Positions 1 through 9,063 of a stretch of DNA of 57,853 nucleotides are shown here, piece after piece (the first letter of the stretch is position 1; each line of letters begins with the position of its first letter). The notes under the pieces are model-generated. The model was given only the letters and a program-made list of their open reading frames with translations. It was not told where the DNA came from and searched no databases. The position numbers and the translations under genes were made by a program. The stretch is taken from the NCBI GenBank assembly GCA_964353555.1, contig CAYGWM010000017.1:1-57853 (forward strand), in the 5' to 3' direction. The stretch is from an uncultured Spirochaetales bacterium. Lineage in GTDB: Bacteria > Myxococcota_A > UBA9160 > PR03.

Positions 1-1
1 G

Positions 2-151
2 TCCTTCGAGCGCCGCTTCGGCGCCGATCTGGCCAGCGGCCGCGTGCGTCCGATCGTCGACCGCGTGGTTCCGCTCGAGCAGGTCGCCGATGCCCATCGA
101 GCGATGAAGGCGAGCGAGCACTTCGGGAAGATCGTGCTGCGCGTCTCATGA
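2..151 (+). CDS. C-terminal fragment of NAD(P)H-quinone oxidoreductase (zinc-binding ADH/MDR family), truncated by window edge
   Basis: Frame 2 reads [49 protein letters not shown]-stop (TGA 149-151), the typical MDR C-terminal pattern (IDRVFPL..AH..M....HFGKIVL). Confidence 0.8.
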   Translation, partial: SFERRFGADLASGRVRPIVDRVVPLEQVADAHRAMKASEHFGKIVLRVS

Positions 152-154
152 AGT

Positions 155-186
155 CTCGCCGCTCGCCTGCGGCTCGCTACGCGGGA
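155..186. repeat. REP-like dispersed repeat, copy 1
   Basis: CTCGCCGCTCGCCTGCGGCTCGCTACGCGGGA, directly after a stop codon; near-identical to 29502-29533 and to the reverse complement of 35598-35629. Confidence 0.8.
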
Positions 187-263
187 TCCTATGGTTGGAG
201 TTCGTTGCCTGCTCGACTGCGCTAGGTTGCGCGCCCCGAACCAGGCGAGGAGAGAAGCGAGTC

Positions 264-704
264 ATGGCCGTCGAGCGCACGTTTTCGATCATCAAGCCGG
301 ACGCCGTCGAGAAGAACGCAGTGGGCGCGATCTTGAAGGCGATAGAGGACTCGGGTCTGCGCGTGATCGCGCTGAAGATGATCCATCTCACCGAGCGGCA
401 GGCGGGCGGCTTCTACGCCGTTCACAAGGCGCGGCCGTTCTTCGCGGATCTGGTGAAGTTCATGACCTCGGGGCCGGTGGTCGTCTGTGTGCTCGAAGCA
501 GAGGGCGCGATCGCTCGCTGGCGTGAGCTGATGGGGCCTACCGATTCGAAAAAGGCGCCGAAGGGCACCATCCGCGGCGACTTCGGGACTGATGTGGAGC
601 GCAACGCTTCGCACGGCTCGGATGCTCCCGAGACCGCACGGGTCGAGATCTGCTACTTCTTCAATGCGAGCGAGATTCAGGGCGTGGTCGAAGCGCTTCC
701 CTGA
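264..704 (+). CDS. ndk: Nucleoside diphosphate kinase
   Basis: [15 protein letters not shown]...[18 protein letters not shown] (active-site His); GGAG upstream of ATG 264. Confidence 0.97.
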   Translation: MAVERTFSIIKPDAVEKNAVGAILKAIEDSGLRVIALKMIHLTERQAGGFYAVHKARPFFADLVKFMTSGPVVVCVLEAEGAIARWRELMGPTDSKKAPKGTIRGDFGTDVERNASHGSDAPETARVEICYFFNASEIQGVVEALP

Positions 705-714
705 GTCGTCGAAC

Positions 715-831
715 TCAGGTGTAGGCGCGAACCAATAACAGCATGATGGTCACGTAGGCGACTGTGAGCCAGAGCTGGTGGCTGCGAATGGCGCGCGTCA
801 CGATACCCCCCGAAACCGTTTCGATGCTCAT
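715..831 (-). CDS. Possible small single-pass membrane protein (38 aa), absent from the ORF track
   Basis: Hand translation MSIETVSGGIVTRAIRSHQLWLTVAYVTIMLLLVRAYT-stop; GGGGAGAG about 11 nt upstream; hydrophobic stretch; fills the gap between the enoyl-CoA hydratase and ndk. Atypical codons (TTA, ACA) weaken the call. Confidence 0.35.
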   Translation of the reverse strand: MSIETVSGGIVTRAIRSHQLWLTVAYVTIMLLLVRAYT

Positions 832-881
832 TCGACGAAAACTCTCCCCGGCTTGAGACAAGCCCTTCGATACGCTGACGG

Positions 882-1694
882 TCAACGACCCTCGAAGCGC
901 GGCGAGCGTTTCTCACGCAGCGCGCGAAGACCTTCGGCCAGATCCGCGCTTTCGTAACAAACGGCCTGCTGCTCCGCTTCCAAATCGAGCTGCGCTTCGA
1001 GCGTGACTTCGCCCGCCCGGGCGAGCGCGCGCTTGGCGCCTCGCACCGCGATCGGCGCGCACGACGCGATCTCGTCGGCCGCTGCGAGCGCCGTCGCCAG
1101 CACGGTGTCGCGCGGAACGGCCCGGTTCACGAGACCGATGCGCTCGGCGAAGGCGCCGTCGATGATGCGACCGCTGAACAGCAGATCGGCCGCGTGCGCA
1201 GGACCCACCAGCTGCGGCAGCGTCCACGACGAGCCCATGCCGGGGTGGATGCCGAGCTTCGCGAAGTTCAGACCAAGCTTTGCTTCACGGGCTGCGATGC
1301 GCAGGTCGCAGGCCAGCGCGACGGCGAGGCCAGCACCGATCGCGGCGCCCTCTATCGCCGCGATGCTGGGGCAGGGCAGGTTTCGCACCGAGAGGAAGAG
1401 CCCGTAGAAGTCGCGCATGAAGGTGCGGTTGCGCGCGCGCGCCGCTTCGCCGGGTTCGGCGCGACCGGCACGCGACTTGTCTTCGAGCATCGCGAGGTCG
1501 CCGCCCGCAGAGAAGGCCGCGCCAGCGCCGGTCAGCACGACAGCGCGCACGGCGGAATCGGAGCTGAGCCGGGCCACTACATTCGTGAGGGCCCGGCCCA
1601 TCGTCTCGGTCATTGCGTTGCGACGCTCGGGATCGTCGAAGACGACCAGCGCGACGCCGCCGCGCAACTCGACACGCACCAGCTCCGGCGCCAT
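882..1694 (-). CDS. Enoyl-CoA hydratase/isomerase (crotonase) family protein
   Basis: MAPELVRVELRGGVALV..DDPERRNAM..AFSAGGDL..IAAIEGAAIGAGLAVALACDLR..GIHPGMG; start moved to ATG 1694. Confidence 0.93.
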   Translation of the reverse strand: MAPELVRVELRGGVALVVFDDPERRNAMTETMGRALTNVVARLSSDSAVRAVVLTGAGAAFSAGGDLAMLEDKSRAGRAEPGEAARARNRTFMRDFYGLFLSVRNLPCPSIAAIEGAAIGAGLAVALACDLRIAAREAKLGLNFAKLGIHPGMGSSWTLPQLVGPAHAADLLFSGRIIDGAFAERIGLVNRAVPRDTVLATALAAADEIASCAPIAVRGAKRALARAGEVTLEAQLDLEAEQQAVCYESADLAEGLRALREKRSPRFEGR

Positions 1695-1713
1695 GCGCGC
1701 CGCTCCGTCCGAA

Positions 1714-3111
1714 CTAGTCGGCAGAGCGGCGCAAGAAGGCCGGGAGCTCGCGATCCCCGTCGTCGCCGCGGCGCTTGCGCAGGAATGCCGGCTCGTCGAA
1801 CTCGTCTTCGAAGGGCGAGTCGAAGCCGTCGAGCTTCTCCTGCACGGGCTCTTTCTGCGGACCACGCGCCTGCACTTCGAAGTCGTGTTCGGCGGCGGTG
1901 CTCGGTTCTTGCGCGACCTCGATGGGATCGCGCCGCAACGGCGTGACCTTGCCGAATTCGCTGCTGCGGTCCGTGGTGGGCTCGGGGCGATCGCGACCAC
2001 GGCCAATGCGGCCGTCGTCGAGACCGGTCGCTATCACCGTGACGCGCACTTCGCCTTCCATCGCTTCATCGATCACCGCGCCGAAGATGATGTTGGCGTC
2101 CTCGTGCGAGGACTCCTGGATCAGCTTCGCCGCTTCCTCCACCTCGTGCAGGGTCATGTCCGGCCCGCCGGTGAAGTTGATCAACACGCCGCGTGCGCCC
2201 TCCATCGAGAGATCCTCGAGGAGCGGGTTCGAGATTGCCGAACGCGCCGCGTCGGTCGCGCGCGTCTCGCCTTTCGAGACACCTGAACCCATCAGCGCCA
2301 TGCCCATCTCATTCATGATCGCCCGGACGTCGTTGAAATCGAGATTGATCAGGCCGTGTCCGGTGATCAGGTCCGAGATACCGCGCACCGCACCGAGAAG
2401 CACGTCGTCCGCGAGGCGGAAGGCGTCCTTCATCTTGGTGTTCTTCCCAGCCACCGCGAGCAGGCGCTGGTTGGGAATCGTGATCAGCGTATCGACGACG
2501 CGATGCAGCTCGTCGAGCCCGCGCTCGGCGTGTCGTTGCCGCACGCGTCCCTCGAACAGGAACGGCTTCGTGACGACGGCCACCGTGAGTGCGCCCACTT
2601 CTCGGGCGACCTCGGCGACGATCGGCGCGGCGCCCGTTCCGGTGCCGCCCCCGAGGCCAGCGGTCACGAAGACCATGTCCGCGCCGATCAGCAGCTCGCG
2701 CAGTCGATCGCGCGCTTCGAGCGCCGCATCGCGACCCTTGTCGGGGTTCGCGCCGCAGCCGAGCCCGCGCGTGACCTCGTTACCGAGCTGCACGCGCACC
2801 GACGCGAGGCTGTTCGTCAGGTCTTGTGCGTCCGTGTTCGCCGCGACGAACTCCACGCCCGCAAGACCCGAGGCGATCATCGTGTTCAGTGCGTTGCCGC
2901 CGCCGCCGCCGACGCCGACGACCTTGATCACCGCTTGGAGCTTCGTTGCGTTCTCGAAGTCCAGCAGGTCGTCTGAACCGTCGTCCGGACCGATCTCGAG
3001 GAGATCGACCGAGTCATGCGACGGGTTCGACTGATTCGACTCGAATGACTGTTGCTTGCGCGCGGAGACGAACATCTCCGCGTCCCGCTTGTCGCGGTTA
3101 CTCGGCGCCAT
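1714..3111 (-). CDS. ftsZ: Cell division protein FtsZ
   Basis: [25 protein letters not shown] tubulin signature, T7 loop NLDFND, C-terminal PAFLR peptides; RBS AAGGGGGGTGAG before ATG 3111. Confidence 0.98.
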   Translation of the reverse strand: MAPSNRDKRDAEMFVSARKQQSFESNQSNPSHDSVDLLEIGPDDGSDDLLDFENATKLQAVIKVVGVGGGGGNALNTMIASGLAGVEFVAANTDAQDLTNSLASVRVQLGNEVTRGLGCGANPDKGRDAALEARDRLRELLIGADMVFVTAGLGGGTGTGAAPIVAEVAREVGALTVAVVTKPFLFEGRVRQRHAERGLDELHRVVDTLITIPNQRLLAVAGKNTKMKDAFRLADDVLLGAVRGISDLITGHGLINLDFNDVRAIMNEMGMALMGSGVSKGETRATDAARSAISNPLLEDLSMEGARGVLINFTGGPDMTLHEVEEAAKLIQESSHEDANIIFGAVIDEAMEGEVRVTVIATGLDDGRIGRGRDRPEPTTDRSSEFGKVTPLRRDPIEVAQEPSTAAEHDFEVQARGPQKEPVQEKLDGFDSPFEDEFDEPAFLRKRRGDDGDRELPAFLRRSAD

Positions 3112-3134
3112 ACTCACCCCCCTTGGCACGAACG

Positions 3135-3150
3135 GCGCAATATATTGTGC
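3135..3150. promoter_or_regulatory. AT-rich imperfect palindrome (possible operator or internal promoter) upstream of ftsZ
   Basis: GCGCAATATATTGTGC, 16-bp palindrome with one mismatched pair in the 76-nt ftsA-ftsZ spacer; contains TATATT on the minus strand. Confidence 0.4.
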
Positions 3151-3187
3151 GCAGTTTACACAAGACGTACTAAACCGCAGCGGCCTT

Positions 3188-4426
3188 TCAGTCGAATTCG
3201 CCGTGAAACCACTCGCGCATTCGTTGTCGCACCCGCCGGAAGATCGATTCATCCCGGATACGGAAGCGACTGTACGGGAATGCGCGGCCGTGATTCGCAC
3301 CGTAGAGCGCGAGACCGACACCAGTTGCGTACATCGGGTCGCGCACGACGTCTTGCAGACCGCCGACGCGGGTCGGCATTCCCACGCGCACCGGCGACTC
3401 GAAGATCTCCTCCGCGAGCTCCGCGATGCCGGCGAGCGCTGCGCATCCGCCCGACAACACGATGCCCGACGGAATGCGGTCCTCCATGCCGGCGCGCATC
3501 AACTCCTGTCGCGCGAGCGAGAGGATCTCCTCGACGCGCGGCTCGATGATCTCGCAGAGCAGTTTGCGCGAGACCTCACGTGGCCGGCGTCCCCCGACGC
3601 TCGAGACCGACAGGATGTCGTCGCCTCCGAGCAATCGCGCCGAGGCGACGCCGAACTTCTTCTTGGTCCGTTCGGCCTCGTCGAAGGGCGTGCGCAGCCC
3701 GACCGCGATGTCGTTGGTGATGTGATTCCCACCCAGTGCGAGCACTGAGGTGTGCGCGATCGAGCCATCGCAGAACACGGCGAGATCGGTCGTGCCGCCG
3801 CCGATGTCGATCAGGCATACGCCGAGTTCGCGCTCGTCACCGGCCAGCACCGCCTCGGCCGATGCCAGCGGTTCCAGAACGATGTCGATCACGTTCAGGC
3901 CAGCTTTGTTGGCGCACTTCACGATGTTCTGGGCGCTGGTAACGGCCGCGGTCACGATGTGGATCTTGGCTTCGAGCCGGACCCCGCTCATGCCGAGCGG
4001 CTCGCGGATCCCGTCCTGTTCGTCGATCACGAATTCCTGCGGGATCACGTGGATCACCTCGCGATCCATCGGGATCGCGACGGCTTTGGCCGCGTCGATC
4101 ACGCGCCGCACGTCTCCTTCGGAGACTTCGTGATCCTTCACGGCGACGATGCCGTGCGAGTTGAAACCGCGGATGTGGCCGCCCGCGATGCCGGCGTAGA
4201 CCGACGAGATCTCGCAGTCGCTCATCAGCTCCGCTTCTTCGACGGCGTGCTTGATCGACTCGACGGTCGCGTCGATGTCGACCACCACTCCCTTGCGCAG
4301 TCCGCGCGACGGGTGCGTGCCGATGCCGACGACGTCGACCCCGTCTTCCGTGCGCTCCGCCACCACGGCGCAGATCTTGGTCGTTCCGATGTCGAGTCCG
4401 ACGATCAGGTCTTCCTTGCGAGCCAT
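3188..4426 (-). CDS. ftsA: Cell division protein FtsA
   Basis: [31 protein letters not shown] actin-fold motifs; C-terminal amphipathic helix ([12 protein letters not shown]); RBS AAGGGGTGAGG. Confidence 0.97.
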   Translation of the reverse strand: MARKEDLIVGLDIGTTKICAVVAERTEDGVDVVGIGTHPSRGLRKGVVVDIDATVESIKHAVEEAELMSDCEISSVYAGIAGGHIRGFNSHGIVAVKDHEVSEGDVRRVIDAAKAVAIPMDREVIHVIPQEFVIDEQDGIREPLGMSGVRLEAKIHIVTAAVTSAQNIVKCANKAGLNVIDIVLEPLASAEAVLAGDERELGVCLIDIGGGTTDLAVFCDGSIAHTSVLALGGNHITNDIAVGLRTPFDEAERTKKKFGVASARLLGGDDILSVSSVGGRRPREVSRKLLCEIIEPRVEEILSLARQELMRAGMEDRIPSGIVLSGGCAALAGIAELAEEIFESPVRVGMPTRVGGLQDVVRDPMYATGVGLALYGANHGRAFPYSRFRIRDESIFRRVRQRMREWFHGEFD

Positions 4427-4431
4427 TCCCC

Positions 4432-5538
4432 TCACCCCTTCCTTTGCTCGGGAGACCGCCGGCTCTCGCCGGGCCGGTCTCCGGTTGCACGACGCGGCGC
4501 CGGGACGCCGGTCGCAGAACCCGGCGCATCCGCGCCGGACGTCGGGCCGTCGTTCCCCAATTCGGGGGCGACGACGGGCCGCAACACCACTTGCTCCTCG
4601 AAGCGGAGATCGATCTCGCGCGCCTGCATGGCGCGCAGCGCCTGGCCCGCCGGATCAGAAGGCATGGCGCGCAGCGCCTGGCCCGCCGGATCAGAAGGCA
4701 TGGCGCGCAGCGCCTGGCCCGCCGGATCAGAGGGCTGGTCCTCTGGATCATGGGACCGGTCGCGGGCGAGCAGTCGCACCAGCTTTGCGAGCTTCTGCGC
4801 CGGGTCGCCTGCGCCGAGTACGATGCGTGCGTCCACGCCTTGCACGCGCAATGCGGGCAGCGCGTTCGGATCCTCGCCGTCGAGCGACAACTCGATGCCG
4901 CTGAAGCCCGCCTCCGAAACCGCGCGTGCGAGTGCGATGCCCTGCGCGAGCAGCGGATCGCGGCGATCGCGCGGCGGCGGACTCGCCACCACGAGCCGCG
5001 GGAGCGAATCCCACTCGGCGCCCTCGGCCTCCGCGAATGCGACGCCCTGCGCGTTCACCAGCAGTCGCGCTTCGCCCACCGCGCAGGCCAGCGCCGCGGG
5101 CTCTTGTTCCTCGATGCGCGCGACGACGGCGCTCGGCGCGACGCGCGCGACCGCCGCGTGCGCGATCCACGGATGCGCTTCGAGTCGCGACGCAATCTCC
5201 TCCAGCTCCATCGGCTCCGGCGCGCCTTCGGGCAACACGGCGCGCGCCAGCGCGGCCGCGTCGAGACGCTGCGCACCCTCGATCTCCAGTCGCTGCACGA
5301 CGAACAACTCGGGCCGCGCCGCCGCGCCGCGCGCCGCAACGCGATCCGCGAGCGCGAGTCCCGCCAGAAACGCCAGCGCCGCACAACCCGGTAGGCCGAT
5401 GCGCAGCCACGCTCGCCGGCGCGATTCGGCGCTCTGCTGGCGGCGCAGTCGTTCGCGGGCGCGCTCGAGCGCGGCCTGGCGCTCGGCGTAGGTCGGTCGC
5501 AGGTCGTTGGCCTTGCGGCGTCGCAGCCAGCCGATCAT
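4432..5538 (-). CDS. ftsQ: Cell division protein FtsQ/DivIB with an internal 12-aa tandem repeat
   Basis: N-terminal tail, TM segment, POTRA-like region (VQRLEIEGAQRL..LEAHPWIAHAAV), C-terminal IDLRF; lies between murB and ftsA; ATG 5538 overlaps the murB stop. Confidence 0.88.
   Translation of the reverse strand: MIGWLRRRKANDLRPTYAERQAALERARERLRRQQSAESRRRAWLRIGLPGCAALAFLAGLALADRVAARGAAARPELFVVQRLEIEGAQRLDAAALARAVLPEGAPEPMELEEIASRLEAHPWIAHAAVARVAPSAVVARIEEQEPAALACAVGEARLLVNAQGVAFAEAEGAEWDSLPRLVVASPPPRDRRDPLLAQGIALARAVSEAGFSGIELSLDGEDPNALPALRVQGVDARIVLGAGDPAQKLAKLVRLLARDRSHDPEDQPSDPAGQALRAMPSDPAGQALRAMPSDPAGQALRAMQAREIDLRFEEQVVLRPVVAPELGNDGPTSGADAPGSATGVPAPRRATGDRPGESRRSPEQRKG
4627..4734. repeat. 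36-bp tandem repeat x3 inside ftsQ
   Basis: Unit CATGGCGCGCAGCGCCTGGCCCGCCGGATCAGAAGG at 4627, 4663 and 4699 (third copy has one mismatch); encodes (PSDPAGQALRAM)x3. Confidence 0.95.
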
Positions 5539-6449
5539 CCGGGCCTCCCGACGACACGCGCCTCGGGGACGAGTTCGATGCCGCGCTGTTCTCGCACCGC
5601 GTGCTGCGCGCGCTCGATCAGCGCGATCACATCGGCGGCCGTGGCGTTCCCGGTGTTGACGATGAAGTTCGCGTGGAGCGACGAGATCTGCGCGCCACCT
5701 TCGCGCGCGCCCTTCAATCCCGCCGCTTCGATCAAGCGGCCGGCATGTTCGCCCGGCGGATTCTTGAACACCGAGCCGCAGGACTGCTGATCGATCGGCT
5801 GCGTCTTCCGACGGTGTGCGAGATGGCGGTCGATCTCGATGCGGATCTGCTCGCGATCGCCTTCCTCGAGCTGGAAATGCGCCGCGAGCACGACCGCTCC
5901 CGCCGGGATCCCGGAGACGCCGCGGTACTCGAAGCGCAGTTCGTCGCGCCCGATCCACATCGTGCCGTCGCTCGGTGTCGCGACTCGAATTTCCGCGACG
6001 AGCGGGCCGACCTCGTGCTCGGGGATGCCGGCGTTCATCGTCACCCAACCGCCCACCGAGCCCGGAATGCCCGCGCTGAACTCGAGTCCGGCGAGGCCGC
6101 GCTCCTGGCAGACCCGGGTCACCTGCGAATGCGAAACGCCCGCCTCGGCGTACAGCAAACCGCCACGGGAGACCTCGATCTCGCGCAGTCGCTGCGTGCG
6201 CATCGCGACGCCCTCGATGCCGCCGTCGAGCACCAGCGTGTTGAAGCCGCCGCCGAACACGTGGAGCGGGACGTCGTGCTCGGCGCACAGCTTCACCAGC
6301 GCCTCGACTTCTTCGGCCGTCTCTGGAACCGCCAGCGCATCGGCCGGTCCGCCCACGCCGAGCGACGTGAAGCGGCCGAGCAGCGCATTGAAGCGCACGC
6401 GCTCGGCGAGGAGATTCCGCAGTGCCGTGCGCGCCTCCGCTGCGATCAT
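5535..6449 (-). CDS. murB: UDP-N-acetylenolpyruvoylglucosamine reductase
   Basis: GGGFNTLV, GLEFSAGIPGSVGGWVTMNAG, SCGSVFKNP, ISSLHANFIVN, IELVPEAR. Confidence 0.96.
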   Translation of the reverse strand: MIAAEARTALRNLLAERVRFNALLGRFTSLGVGGPADALAVPETAEEVEALVKLCAEHDVPLHVFGGGFNTLVLDGGIEGVAMRTQRLREIEVSRGGLLYAEAGVSHSQVTRVCQERGLAGLEFSAGIPGSVGGWVTMNAGIPEHEVGPLVAEIRVATPSDGTMWIGRDELRFEYRGVSGIPAGAVVLAAHFQLEEGDREQIRIEIDRHLAHRRKTQPIDQQSCGSVFKNPPGEHAGRLIEAAGLKGAREGGAQISSLHANFIVNTGNATAADVIALIERAQHAVREQRGIELVPEARVVGRPG

Positions 6450-7831
6450 TCCACCGTCTCTCCCAATGCCTGTAGCAGCCTCGGGCCGAGCGCCGACACG
6501 TTGCCGGCGCCGAGCGTGATCACCAGGTCGCCGGCCGTGAGGTCGGGCACGAGCGCCGCCGGGACCGCGTCGACGTTGGCGACGAAACGCACGTCGCGCT
6601 GGCCGTGGGCGCGGATCGCTTCGGCGAGTCGTGCGCTCTCGACGCCGGGGATCTTGTCTTCGCCGGCCGCGTAGATCTCGGTCAGCACCAGCAGGTCGGC
6701 TTGGTGGAACGCGGTGGCGAAATCTTCGAAGAGCAGTTGCGTGCGCGAGTAGCGATGCGGCTGGAACACGACCACCACGCGACCGCTGTGGACCTGGCGC
6801 GCGGCGGCAAGCGTCGCGCGGATCTCGGCGGGGTGATGGCCGTAGTCGTCGACGACGCGTACCCCGCGTGCCTCGCCCTTGTGCTCGAAGCGCCGCTCGA
6901 TTCCCGGGAACGTCGCCAGCGCGGCGACGGCGACGGCGAACGAGACATCGAGTTCGAGCGCGACGGCGAGTGTCGCGAGCGCGTTCTGGACGTTGTGCTC
7001 GCCGGCCAGCGGAACGCAGGCGCGGCCGAGCGGTTCGCCGCGGTGTCGGACCGCGAACGAAGTGCCGCCCGCATCGAGTTCGAGTTCGCTGGCGACGAGG
7101 TCGGCCTGCGGCGAGAATCCGTAGGTGACAGTGCGACGGGTCATGCGCGGCAGCAGCGCCTGCACGCCAGGGTGATCGAGGCAGAGTACCGACAACCCCC
7201 AAAAAGGTACCCGATTCGCGAACGACACGAATGCTTCGTGCAGTGCGTCGACGCTCCCGTAGTGATCGAGGTGCTCGGGATCGATATTGGTGACGACCGC
7301 GATGATCGGCGCGAGCCGCAGGAACGAACCGTCGCTCTCGTCCGCCTCCGCGACGAGCAGGGGGCCCGCGCCGAGGCGTGCCCCAGTGCGTTCCGAGGTC
7401 GACAGCACGCGACCGCCGATCACGGCGGTCGGATCCAATCCGGCGACGTGCAACACGTGCGCGATCAGCGAGGTGGTCGTCGTCTTGCCGTGGCTGCCGC
7501 CGACGGCGACGCCGTCCTTGAGCCGCATCAGCTCGGCGAGCATCTCGGCGCGCGGGATCACCGGGATCTTGCGGCGTTCCGCCTCGACCAACTCGGGATT
7601 GTGCGGCCGCACTGCGGACGAGTAGACGACGACGTCGGCGTCGCCGACATGATCGCTCGCGTGGCCGACGCTCACTTCGACACCAAGCGAGCGCAGTCGC
7701 GCGACGGTCGGGCCTTCTTTCAGGTCGGAACCCGTCACGCGATAGCCCTGACCGGCGAGCAACTCGGCGATGCCGCACATGCCGATGCCGCCGATGCCGA
7801 CGAAATGAACGCGCTGGATGCGGCGGAACAT
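6446..7831 (-). CDS. murC: UDP-N-acetylmuramate--L-alanine ligase
   Basis: HFVGIGGIGMCG, GSHGKTTTT, EADESDGSF, NIDPEHLDHY, DDYGHHPAE, FQPHRYSRT. Confidence 0.98.
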   Translation of the reverse strand: MFRRIQRVHFVGIGGIGMCGIAELLAGQGYRVTGSDLKEGPTVARLRSLGVEVSVGHASDHVGDADVVVYSSAVRPHNPELVEAERRKIPVIPRAEMLAELMRLKDGVAVGGSHGKTTTTSLIAHVLHVAGLDPTAVIGGRVLSTSERTGARLGAGPLLVAEADESDGSFLRLAPIIAVVTNIDPEHLDHYGSVDALHEAFVSFANRVPFWGLSVLCLDHPGVQALLPRMTRRTVTYGFSPQADLVASELELDAGGTSFAVRHRGEPLGRACVPLAGEHNVQNALATLAVALELDVSFAVAVAALATFPGIERRFEHKGEARGVRVVDDYGHHPAEIRATLAAARQVHSGRVVVVFQPHRYSRTQLLFEDFATAFHQADLLVLTEIYAAGEDKIPGVESARLAEAIRAHGQRDVRFVANVDAVPAALVPDLTAGDLVITLGAGNVSALGPRLLQALGETVE

Positions 7832-9063
7832 CAGCGCCCCCCTCTTCGCATCGATCCCTCAGGGGCAGAGGATGTCGCTGCGGCTCCGGGTCGCGGGTTG
7901 GGGCCCCGCGACTCGTTCAATAGTTGATGGCAGCTATCGAGGATCTGCGCGGCGGCGTCCGGCCGCGCAAGAGAATGCGCGATCGCGCCCATCTGCAGCA
8001 GTGTCTCTGGCCGCTCGCAGAGCGCCGAGAGCGCGTCGGCCAACTGCTTGCCGTCGAAGCTGGAGGGATCGAGCACGCGCGCCGCGCCGGCCTCTGCCAG
8101 CGCACGCGCGTTGGCGCGCTGGTGGTCGTCGGCGGCATGCGGGTACGGAACGAGCAGCGAGGGCAAGCCCGCCAGCGCGAGTTCCGCGACCGTGAGCGCA
8201 CCCGCCCGACACACGCCGACGTCTGCCCAGCGATAGCGTGCGGGCAGCTTCGAGTCGAAATCGACCACCTCTGCGTTGAAGCCGGCGCGCGCGTAACCCG
8301 CGGCCACGCGCTCGCGATCTGCTGCGCCGGTTTGATGGAAGAACTCGAAGCGGGCGGTGTCTAGGTAGCGGAGTGCTTCGAGCATCCCTTCGTTGAGCTG
8401 GTGCGCGCCCTGGCTGCCGCCGACGACCAGCACGCGGAACGGCGCCGCCGGTCTTCGCCTCGTCGCTGCGTTCGCGAAGGCGTCGAGTAGTTCGCGGCGC
8501 AGCGGCGCGCCGAGCGAGAGCACGCGCCCGGGCCCGAGCGTCGCGACGAACGGCGGAGCGGCCGCCTCGAACGCGGTGAAGACGCGCGCGGCAAAGCGCG
8601 CCATCGCGCGATTCGTGCGACCCGGAACTGCGTTTGGCTCGACCAGTACCAGCGGAACGCGCGCGAGCACGGCGGCCGCGGCGGCAGGCGCAGACGCGTA
8701 GCCGCCCACCGAAATCACCAGCGGGACGCGGCGCCGTCGCAGCAACGCGAGCGCCTGTGCGGACGCGCCGGCGAGCGCGAGCGCGCCTGCCGCGCGCGCG
8801 AGTAGCGGCCGGCCGAGCAGCGGCTGCGCGGGCAGCTTTACCAATTCGAAGCCGGCCTGCGGCACCAGCTTCGCTTCGAGCCCGCGCTCCGAGCCGACGA
8901 AGAGCACGTCGTCGCCGCGCCGCGCGATCTCTTCTCCGAGCGCGAGCGCCATCGTCACGTGGCCGCCGGTCCCGCCGCCCGCCACCACCCAAGTCCCCTG
9001 ACTCGGGTTGGCGAGTCGCCGGCCAGCGGCGAGCGGTTCGACGCGTTTGTTCACGGACTCCAT
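7831..9063 (-). CDS. murG: Lipid II N-acetylglucosamine transferase MurG
   Basis: AGGGTGGH, GGYAS, EPNAVPG, GGSQGA, RAGALTVAEL..GLP..LVPYP..HQRANA; start placed at ATG 9063 (uncertain). Confidence 0.95.
   Translation of the reverse strand: MESVNKRVEPLAAGRRLANPSQGTWVVAGGGTGGHVTMALALGEEIARRGDDVLFVGSERGLEAKLVPQAGFELVKLPAQPLLGRPLLARAAGALALAGASAQALALLRRRRVPLVISVGGYASAPAAAAAVLARVPLVLVEPNAVPGRTNRAMARFAARVFTAFEAAAPPFVATLGPGRVLSLGAPLRRELLDAFANAATRRRPAAPFRVLVVGGSQGAHQLNEGMLEALRYLDTARFEFFHQTGAADRERVAAGYARAGFNAEVVDFDSKLPARYRWADVGVCRAGALTVAELALAGLPSLLVPYPHAADDHQRANARALAEAGAARVLDPSSFDGKQLADALSALCERPETLLQMGAIAHSLARPDAAAQILDSCHQLLNESRGPNPRPGAAATSSAPEGSMRRGGR

Noticed and set aside
677-916. 79-aa minus-strand ORF after the enoyl-CoA hydratase
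   Set aside because: Overlaps both ndk and the hydratase ends, with no motif; the 38-aa ORF in another frame fits the gap better
4627-4734. CRISPR array (36-bp repeats)
   Set aside because: Units are contiguous with no spacers, lie in frame in ftsQ, and no cas genes are present
4432-7778. Apparent long fusion ORFs (4432-6288, 5535-7778; likewise 10205-11866, 14063-16096, 23752-25626, 38014-40362, 41116-42915)
   Set aside because: Upstream extensions are off-frame read-through of the neighbouring gene; real starts coincide with stop/start overlaps or RBS
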